DNA from: Vicinamibacterales bacterium | GTDB lineage: Bacteria > Acidobacteriota > Vicinamibacteria > Vicinamibacterales > CAVVIG01 | Assembly: GCA_035259385.1 (NCBI GenBank) | Contig: DATFWL010000550.1 | Span: 18,787-42,786, forward strand | Length of the DNA: 24,000 nt | Reading direction: 5' to 3' | In this document: positions 7,946 to 14,199 of the stretch, piece after piece | How positions within the stretch are numbered: position 1 is the stretch's first letter | How the letters are laid out: each line of letters opens with the position of its first letter | Translations under genes and position numbers: made by a program | The notes under the pieces: model-generated | Seen by the model: only the letters and a program-made list of their open reading frames with translations | The model's database searches: none | Told to the model about the DNA's origin: nothing

Positions 7946-8431
7946 ATGCGTATTGCACTGACCGTGGCGTTGCTGCTCGTTCCTGTCCTCGCGTTCGCGC
8001 AGGCGCGCGCGCCGCAGGTGAAGCGGACGAACCCGCCGGCGCTGTCCAAGCCGACCGGATACACACACATCGTCGAAGTCACCGGCCCGGCGAAGACGAT
8101 CTACGTCTCGGGGCAGATCGCCTACGACAAGGACGGGAACCTGGTCGGCGCCGGCGATATGAAGGCACAGGCCGAGCAGGTGTTCAAGAACCTCGAGGCG
8201 GCGCTGACGGCGGCCGGCGCGAAGTTCTCGGATGTCGTCAAGATGAACAGCTACATCACGGACATGTCGAAGGTGCAGGCGGTCCGGGACGTGCGCACGA
8301 AGTACTTCGCGGAGACGACGCCGGCCAGCACGTTCGTCGAAGTGAAGGGCCTGGTCCGGCCCGAACTGCTGCTCGAGATCGAAGTCGTCGCCGTCGTCGC
8401 GGCGCCGGGAGGTACGGCGTCGTCGCGATAG
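7946..8431 (+). CDS. RidA / YjgF / L-PSP family protein with an N-terminal signal peptide
   Basis: The core blocks IYVSGQIAYDKDGNLVGAGDMKAQAEQVFKNLEAALTAAGA, VVKMNSYITDM and LLEIEVVAVV match the RidA/YjgF fold signature. The N-terminus MRIALTVALLLVPVLAFAQA is Sec-signal-like. An AGGAGG SD lies 6 nt upstream. Confidence 0.85.
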   Translation: MRIALTVALLLVPVLAFAQARAPQVKRTNPPALSKPTGYTHIVEVTGPAKTIYVSGQIAYDKDGNLVGAGDMKAQAEQVFKNLEAALTAAGAKFSDVVKMNSYITDMSKVQAVRDVRTKYFAETTPASTFVEVKGLVRPELLLEIEVVAVVAAPGGTASSR

Positions 8432-8434
8432 CCG

Positions 8435-9373
8435 ATGGCGACTGAGCGCTACCTGGAGGAGTGGCGGACCGCGGATCTCATCACCGCGGAGCAGCACGCG
8501 CTCCTCCTGACCATCGTCCGCAGGCAGCGCTTCGCGGTCTTTCTCGAGCTCAACGCGCTGCTCTATCTCGGCGTCGTCGCGATTGCGGGCGGCATTGGCT
8601 GGACGCTGCGCGAGCATTTCGCGACAGCCGGCGATGCCGTCGTCTTCGTCACGCTGGCCGCCATCTTCGCCGGCTGTCTCTGGTACTGCTTCACTCGCGC
8701 GCTGCCGTTCTCGCCCGAGCAGGTCGCGGCGCCAACCTTCTCTTTCGACTACATCCTGTATCTCGGATGCCTGGTGTTCGCCGCCGGAATCGCATACCTC
8801 GAGTACCGGTTTCGGCTGCTCGGCGTCGACTGGCACTATTACCTGCTCGGGTCGGCCGCGCTGTACGTCGCCCTCGCCTACCGCTTTGACAACCGCTTCG
8901 TCCTGTCACTCGGCCTGTCGACGTTGGGCGGGTGGTTCGGCGTCCGCTTCTCGGAATCGACGTTCTTCGGCGGCTCGATGCGCGAGATCGCTCTCGCCTA
9001 CGGTATCGCTGTCGCGGGAACTGGACTCGTATTCGATCGCCTCCGGATCAAACGGCACTTGCTCGAAGCCTACCTGCACATCGCGGTGAACGCAGTGCTG
9101 TTCGCCCTCGCCTCGGGAACCGTGGATCGGTCGCTGGTCGTCTGGCCGCTCGCGCTCGCCGTCGCGTGCGCGGTGGCTATCGAGCGAGGCATCCGCTTCA
9201 GGCGCTTTGCCTTCGTCGTCTACGGCGTGGTCTACGGGTATGTCGGCCTCAGCGCAGAAATCCTGCGCGGGATGCATCGCGACACGTCGATCCTCGGGTA
9301 CTTCGTGATCTCCGCGGCGGCGGTCGTCGTCGGCCTCGTCCTGCTGTCGCGCCGGTTCGGACGCGAGGAATGA
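8435..9373 (+). CDS. Multi-pass membrane protein (DUF2157-like N-terminal helix)
   Basis: 312 aa with about 8 hydrophobic segments. The N-terminal soluble segment LEEWRTADLITAEQHALLL resembles the DUF2157-type leader. The ATG lies 3 nt after the RidA-like stop codon. Confidence 0.7.
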   Translation: MATERYLEEWRTADLITAEQHALLLTIVRRQRFAVFLELNALLYLGVVAIAGGIGWTLREHFATAGDAVVFVTLAAIFAGCLWYCFTRALPFSPEQVAAPTFSFDYILYLGCLVFAAGIAYLEYRFRLLGVDWHYYLLGSAALYVALAYRFDNRFVLSLGLSTLGGWFGVRFSESTFFGGSMREIALAYGIAVAGTGLVFDRLRIKRHLLEAYLHIAVNAVLFALASGTVDRSLVVWPLALAVACAVAIERGIRFRRFAFVVYGVVYGYVGLSAEILRGMHRDTSILGYFVISAAAVVVGLVLLSRRFGREE

Positions 9374-10539
9374 GCTGCTACACGCGCGAGGATGAGGAGC
9401 GGATTCGGATGCAGGCGCACGTGCGTGCCTGGGGTCGCGCCGGCCTTCTCGACGCCGACCAGGTCAGCACGCTGGACACGCGCCTGCGGACGCCGTTGCG
9501 GCGAACGAATGTCTTCCTGCGGGCGGTGCTCGCGCTGTTCACGGCCCTGATCGTCGCGGCAGCGGTCGCTCTGGTCTTCGTGTCGTTCAACATCTCCGGC
9601 GATGTCGCGTCGACGATCACCCTCGTGATCGCTGCCGTCGCCTGCGGCGCGGTGGCCGAATATCTGATCGCATCCTTTCGCGTGTATCGCTACGGCGTCG
9701 AGGAGACGCTCGCGGTGGCGGCGGCGGTGCTGGTCGCGTTCGCCGTCGTTCGGTGGGCGGGCCCGATTGCGCTGCCGCATGACCGTGAGCTCGCGATGCT
9801 GGTTGGATCGGCCTGCGGGTTCGCGGTGTATCGGCGATTCGGGCTGGTCTATGCCGCGGTCGCGGCAACGATCTGCGCCGCAATCGTCCCGTTCGGGCTG
9901 GATGTCGGTGCGCCGGCGCAACGCATGATCGCGGCAGCGATCTTCAGCGCGATGCTCGTCTGGGCACGCCCGCTTCGACGTCGTCATGGCGATGATTTCC
10001 CGGGGGACGACTACGCGATCCTGCAGGCCGCGGCGTACGCCGGCGTCTATGTCTCGCTGAATCTCCACTTGTTCGATGACATCGGCGGAGCCTCACCCAC
10101 CACGGTCGCCGCATGGTTCTACTGGACCACCTACGTCGCCATCTGGCTCCTTCCAATCGCCGGACTGGCGGTCAGCATCCGCGACAGGGATCGGCCGCTG
10201 CTGACCGTCGCGCTCGCGTCGGCGCTGGCGACGCTCGCGACCAACAAACCGTATCTGGGCTGGGAGCGACAGACGTGGGATCCGATTCTGCTCGGTGTCC
10301 TGCTGATCGTCGTCGCGACCGTGGCGCGGCGCTGGCTGGCGAGCGGACCCGACGGCCAGCGCCGCGGCTTCACGGCGGCGCGGATTCTCGAGGGCGATCG
10401 CGACGCCTTGACCGCGATCGCGACCGCGTCCGCCGCGTGGCCGCGTGGGGCGCATCAGGCGGCGACGCCGGCCCAATCGTCGCCGTCGCCGTTTGAAGGC
10501 GGCCGATCCGGTGGCGGCGGCGGTGGCGCGGCCTACTGA
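9370..10539 (+). CDS. Multi-pass membrane protein, translationally coupled to the upstream gene
   Basis: Start moved to ATG 9370, which forms an ATGA overlap with the upstream stop at 9371-9373. About 10 hydrophobic segments. The N-terminal segment VRAWGRAGLLDADQVSTLDTRL echoes the neighbouring gene's N-terminus. The C-terminal tail is Gly-rich (GGRSGGGGGGAAY). Confidence 0.7.
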   Translation: MSCYTREDEERIRMQAHVRAWGRAGLLDADQVSTLDTRLRTPLRRTNVFLRAVLALFTALIVAAAVALVFVSFNISGDVASTITLVIAAVACGAVAEYLIASFRVYRYGVEETLAVAAAVLVAFAVVRWAGPIALPHDRELAMLVGSACGFAVYRRFGLVYAAVAATICAAIVPFGLDVGAPAQRMIAAAIFSAMLVWARPLRRRHGDDFPGDDYAILQAAAYAGVYVSLNLHLFDDIGGASPTTVAAWFYWTTYVAIWLLPIAGLAVSIRDRDRPLLTVALASALATLATNKPYLGWERQTWDPILLGVLLIVVATVARRWLASGPDGQRRGFTAARILEGDRDALTAIATASAAWPRGAHQAATPAQSSPSPFEGGRSGGGGGGAAY

Positions 10540-10547
10540 ACTGAGAA

Positions 10548-10621
10548 GGGGATTCGGGATTTGGGATTTGGGATTCGGGATTGGGGATTGGGGATTGGGG
10601 ATTGGGGATTGGGGATTGGGG
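10548..10621 (+). repeat. Tandem G-tract array: four GGGATTY-like units, one GGGATT unit, then five perfect GGGGATT heptamers; eleven G-runs in total
   Basis: Read directly: ggggattc gggattt gggattt gggattc gggatt ggggatt x5 gggg. The array starts 9 nt after the stop codon at 10539 and is G-rich on the sense strand. Confidence 0.9.
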
Positions 10622-10640
10622 TGATCGGGTGGACGGTCAA

Positions 10641-10672
10641 CGCTCGTGCAACAGGCGAGCGGTTCTCGTTTC
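10641..10672 (+). terminator. Candidate intrinsic terminator for the 7250-10539 cluster
   Basis: A 6-bp GC stem (cgctcg / cgagcg) with a 9-nt loop is followed by gttctcgtttcg. The T tract is interrupted, so the call is weak. Confidence 0.35.
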
Positions 10673-10684
10673 GCTGCAGCACGT

Positions 10685-10750
10685 GTCCGGCTTTAGCCGG
10701 ACTTCCTCCTCCTAAGACACCGAGAATTCCTTAGGAAATCTCGGTGTGTC
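10685..10750. other. Structured intergenic element: hairpin A, a CU-rich single strand (cttcctcctcct), then long hairpin B
   Basis: Hairpin A is gtccggc-ttta-gccggac (10685-10702). Hairpin B pairs acaccgaga (10717-10725) with tctcggtgt (10740-10748) and has an inner ttcc/ggaa extension. An alternative helix, cctaag (10711-10716) with cttagg (10730-10735), is mutually exclusive with hairpin B. Confidence 0.4.
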
Positions 10751-10886
10751 CGGTTTGATGCGCGAGTGCCACCGCGCCTGACCCGCTGAAGGCCGACACC
10801 GACCGGGCGCCGGCGATCGGGGTCCGCGAGGGCGTCGCGCCGGACGGGCTCGCTGACAAGGGCGAGCACCGTCCGGCCTGCGTCGA

Positions 10887-11462
10887 TCAGAAGCCGCAAT
10901 ACATGTCGGGATCGATCCCCTTCTCCGCCCCCTCGATGGTGAACTCCATTTTGTAGTAACGGCCGATCGCTCGTCCGAGCGGCGTCTCGGAGCGGGCGAC
11001 GTACAACTTCGTCGTATCGTCGGCTGACTGCTCGACCTCCGTCGAAGGCACGGGGAATGGACGATACGCTGGCTCAAACCCGGGCGGCGTCGGGCACTGC
11101 GCGAAGTGCGGCGACGGCTTGATGTCAGTGATCCTGAACCTGCGCTCGCTCCACCAGACAGCCTTCTGTTTCTGATCGTAGGAGAGCGTCAGGATCGTTT
11201 CCGGATGAGTGTCGTGGACATGCGGATGCTCGTGGAGCTTCTTGCCGACGCAATGCCACGGTTTTCCGCCGAACACGACGATGTCGGTCGGCCGCGCCGT
11301 CGCGCATTGTTTTGCGGCCTCATCGAGCTGCTGATCGCTTGGGCCCTTCGATGACACCGTGCCAATGGCCTCGGTTGGCTCGACGAAGATGATGTGGACG
11401 GGCACATCTCCCGTGGTCCTGGACTCGGGTCCCGCCGACGTCTGAGTTGCTGTTTCAGCCAT
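10887..11462 (-). CDS. Hypothetical cytoplasmic protein (191 aa), His-rich patch and 4 Cys; probably co-transcribed with the upstream Ser/Thr kinase
   Basis: ATG start with a GGGAGGGG SD 3-4 nt upstream, only 25 nt after the kinase stop codon. No signal peptide. It contains LHEHPHVHDTHPE and ends in MYCGF. I recognise no family. Confidence 0.55.
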   Translation of the reverse strand: MAETATQTSAGPESRTTGDVPVHIIFVEPTEAIGTVSSKGPSDQQLDEAAKQCATARPTDIVVFGGKPWHCVGKKLHEHPHVHDTHPETILTLSYDQKQKAVWWSERRFRITDIKPSPHFAQCPTPPGFEPAYRPFPVPSTEVEQSADDTTKLYVARSETPLGRAIGRYYKMEFTIEGAEKGIDPDMYCGF

Positions 11463-11487
11463 CGTCCCCTCCCGCGCGCAGGCGCTT

Positions 11488-14109
11488 CTATTTCTCTGAC
11501 GTCGGCAGGCGTAAATCGTTCCGCACCGAATCGAGCTCCACCCAGTCGTGGATCTCCGCGGGCGTCAGGCCGTGGCTGATCGCCCGCGCGAGCCAGTCGA
11601 GGGCGGCGGCGCGATCTCCGACATCCATCCACACCACTGCGCCGAAGGCGAGCACGTGCGGATCGGCCACGTCCGGGGGCAACCGGTTCATCTCGTCACG
11701 CGCTTTCGCCTTTTCGCCGGTCTTCGCGTAGAACGCCGCGAGGCTGATCCGCGCCTCGATGTCGGCGGGATTGACCGAGAGATCCTGCGACGCCAGGGCG
11801 ATCGCCTGCGCGTACAGCGCGTTGGCCTGGTCACGCTTGCCGGCCAGGTAGGAAGCGCGCGCCATGCCGCCCACCACGATGTAGCCGTCGGGGCCGACGC
11901 GGCGGGCTGCCGCGAACTGCTCGATCGCCTCGTCGAAGCGGCGGAGCTTCGACAGCGTCGAGGCCCAGTTCGAGTAGGCAGCGACGCTGGGGGCGAGCGC
12001 GACCGATTTGCGACATGCGGCGATCGCCTCGTCGTAGCGGCCGATCGATCCGTAGAGGCCGCCGAGAGTGGCGTAGACGCGCGCGTTGTCTGGCGTCAGC
12101 GCGGCCGCGATCTCGTACTCGCGCACGGCGTCGGCATACCGTGCGTGTTCGCGGTAGAACGTGCCGAGCCAGACGTGCGTCGCCCAGTACTGCGGCCGCA
12201 GCGCGATCGCGCGGCGGTAGGTGGCTTCCGCCTCCGCGTTGGCGCCCTGGCGCGCCTGCGCGCGGGCCAGGCCGAGGGTTGCTTCGTCGCTGGTCGGCTC
12301 GCGGTCGACTGCCCGCTGGAACTCGCCGGCCGCGACGTCGTACGCGCCGGTGCCGAGCGCGATCGTACCAAGGCAGACGTGCGAGGCCGGCAGTTCGCCA
12401 TCGAGCGTTGCCGCCTGCGCGCACGAGGCGCGTGCGTCGTCGGCATGACGCGCCTGATGCGAGGCCTCGAACTTCTGCCACAGCGCCTGGCCGCGCGCGG
12501 CGTACGCTGCTGCGAACCGGGCGTCGAGCGCGATCGCGCGATCGAGCAGATCGATGGCGGCGTCGACGTTCTCCGGATGCTGGTACTCGAGCAGGCGACC
12601 GCGCGCCTCGAGGTAGAGGTCGAGCGCGCCAGGCGCTCGCGTGCCGCTCGCGCGCAGCGCCTCGCGCTCCGCCGGATCGAGCCGCAGCGCGAGCGCTGAT
12701 TCCGCCCAGGTCGCGACGCGATCCTGGAGGTCGAACGGATCGCCGGCAGCGGCGGTGGTCGAGAAGCCGTCGATCTGCCGCAGCGTGGCGGCGTCGACGA
12801 ACACGTAGTTGATCCGCAGCATGTCGCCGGCGCGGACGATCGAACCGTCGAGCACGATCGTCGCGCCCAGTTCGCGCCGCGCCTGCGCGGCATCGACGAC
12901 GTTGCGGCGGCGTGCTTCGAGCGTGGACGTGATCTGTATGCCGCGTCGGCTGGCGAGCGGCGTCATCTTCGCGCTCAGCGTGTCCGTGAGGCCGTTGCAG
13001 TAGGCCTCGGCCACGGCGTCGCCGCTGCCGCGGCAGGGGAGAATGACGAGGTTGCGAGGCTCGACGTGCGCCGCCGTGACACCGGACCGGCGAGCGGTGC
13101 CGTTGTCTGGCGCCTGCCTCCACAGCCACGCCGACGCGCCAACAGTCGCAAGAATGAGCGCCGCGGCGGCGGTGGCCAGCCTGCGTCGACCGGAGGGCGG
13201 CGGCGGGTCGACGGTGTGTGGACCGCCGGCTGCCCACTCGAGCTCGCGCGAAAGATCGGCGGCGTCCTGCCACCGCTTGTCCGGATCCTTGGCGAGCGCC
13301 GTGGCCACGATGCGCTCGACCGACGCCGGCGTGTCCGGCCGCAGCGCCGCGATCGGCGGCGGATCCTCGGTCATGATCGCCGCGATCAGGCTGGCCTGAC
13401 TCGCGTGCGTGAACGCGCGTCGGCCGGTGATCATCTCGTAGAGGATCAATCCGAGTGCGTAGATGTCGGTGCGCGCATCGACCGTCCGTCCCGCCAGTTG
13501 CTCGGGCGACATGTAGGCGATCGTGCCAATCAGCGTCCCTTCAGGGCTGAGGCCGTCGATCGTCGTCTCGTCGTTCGGCGGCGATTCCAGAAGAGTACGG
13601 TCGCGGAGCTTCGCGAGACCGAAATCGAGCAGCTTGACGCCCGATTCGGTCAGCATCACGTTGCTCGGCTTCAGGTCGCGGTGAATGATCCCTTCGCGGT
13701 GGGCGCGCGCCAGCGCCCCCGCCAGCGCGACGCCGTGCCGCAGCGACTCGCGAAGCGGCATCGGCTCTCGGGCGAGGCGCGTCGCCAGCGTTTCGCCCTC
13801 GAGATACTCCATGACCAGGAACTCGGTGCCGCCGTCCTCGCCGACGTCGTAGAGCGTGCAGATGTGCGGGTGGTTCAGGCGGGCGATCGCGCGCGCTTCG
13901 CGTTCGAAGCGCTGCCGGCGTCCCGGCCGTTCGGCGCCATCGGCGGCGAGGACCTTGATCGCGACCGTGCGGCCGACGCGGGTGTCGACGGCGCGGTAGA
14001 CCTCGCCCATCCCGCCCCGGCCGAGCAGGGCGATCACCTCGTACGGCCCCAGACGAGCGCCGTTTGGCAGAGCCACGGGGAAGCTCTGATTATGCGGCGT
14101 TGCCCACAC
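11488..14109 (-). CDS. Membrane-anchored Ser/Thr protein kinase with extracytoplasmic TPR repeat domain
   Basis: Hanks kinase motifs are present: GRGGMGEVY, AIKVL, HRDLKPSNVML, DFGLAK and SPEQ. A single TM segment follows (LATAAAALILATVGASAWLW), then a long C-terminal run of TPR-like repeats. The start is GTG 14109 with no clear SD, so it is approximate. Confidence 0.9.
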   Translation of the reverse strand: MWATPHNQSFPVALPNGARLGPYEVIALLGRGGMGEVYRAVDTRVGRTVAIKVLAADGAERPGRRQRFEREARAIARLNHPHICTLYDVGEDGGTEFLVMEYLEGETLATRLAREPMPLRESLRHGVALAGALARAHREGIIHRDLKPSNVMLTESGVKLLDFGLAKLRDRTLLESPPNDETTIDGLSPEGTLIGTIAYMSPEQLAGRTVDARTDIYALGLILYEMITGRRAFTHASQASLIAAIMTEDPPPIAALRPDTPASVERIVATALAKDPDKRWQDAADLSRELEWAAGGPHTVDPPPPSGRRRLATAAAALILATVGASAWLWRQAPDNGTARRSGVTAAHVEPRNLVILPCRGSGDAVAEAYCNGLTDTLSAKMTPLASRRGIQITSTLEARRRNVVDAAQARRELGATIVLDGSIVRAGDMLRINYVFVDAATLRQIDGFSTTAAAGDPFDLQDRVATWAESALALRLDPAEREALRASGTRAPGALDLYLEARGRLLEYQHPENVDAAIDLLDRAIALDARFAAAYAARGQALWQKFEASHQARHADDARASCAQAATLDGELPASHVCLGTIALGTGAYDVAAGEFQRAVDREPTSDEATLGLARAQARQGANAEAEATYRRAIALRPQYWATHVWLGTFYREHARYADAVREYEIAAALTPDNARVYATLGGLYGSIGRYDEAIAACRKSVALAPSVAAYSNWASTLSKLRRFDEAIEQFAAARRVGPDGYIVVGGMARASYLAGKRDQANALYAQAIALASQDLSVNPADIEARISLAAFYAKTGEKAKARDEMNRLPPDVADPHVLAFGAVVWMDVGDRAAALDWLARAISHGLTPAEIHDWVELDSVRNDLRLPTSEK

Positions 14110-14120
14110 AGCCGAGTGAA

Positions 14121-14157
14121 AAAGAAGAAGGGCGCGACCGCGTGAGCGATCGTGCCC
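14121..14157 (-). terminator. Intrinsic terminator for the radical-SAM gene (minus strand): imperfect GC hairpin followed by a T-rich tract
   Basis: The plus strand reads aaagaagaa-gggcgcgaccgcgtgagcgatcgtgccc. On the minus strand the hairpin is followed by ttcttcttt. A near-identical hairpin occurs at 17131-17161. Confidence 0.55.
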
Positions 14158-14163
14158 TCAGCT

Positions 14164-14190
14164 AGCCCCTAGCCCTAGCCCCTAGCCCCT
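14164..14190 (-). repeat. Four tandem heptamer or hexamer units (minus strand AGGGGCT / AGGGCT) starting 10 nt after the radical-SAM stop codon
   Basis: The plus strand reads agcccct agccct agcccct agcccct. This is the GGGGCTN family seen at 7128-7161. It is G-rich on the sense strand of the upstream gene. Confidence 0.85.
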
Positions 14191-14199
14191 ACGGTTCCT

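Noticed and set aside
10548-10621. Possibility that the tandem heptamer or nonamer arrays are CRISPR arrays, or eukaryotic telomere contamination or an assembly artefact.
   Set aside because: The units are 6-9 nt and directly abutting with no spacers, so they are not CRISPR. No cas genes are present. The arrays are embedded between ordinary bacterial genes of the same composition, and related arrays recur at five other intergenic sites, which argues against contamination or a chimeric join.
10541-10720. Minus-strand AGGAGGAGGAAG followed by a roughly 58-codon GTG-initiated frame that reads through the GGGGATT array (repetitive PIPNPQS-type peptide).
   Set aside because: The GTG is about 22 nt from the SD-like tract, beyond the usual 5-9 nt SD spacing. 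The frame is open only because the repeat lacks stops, and the product is pure repeat translation. There is no support for coding.
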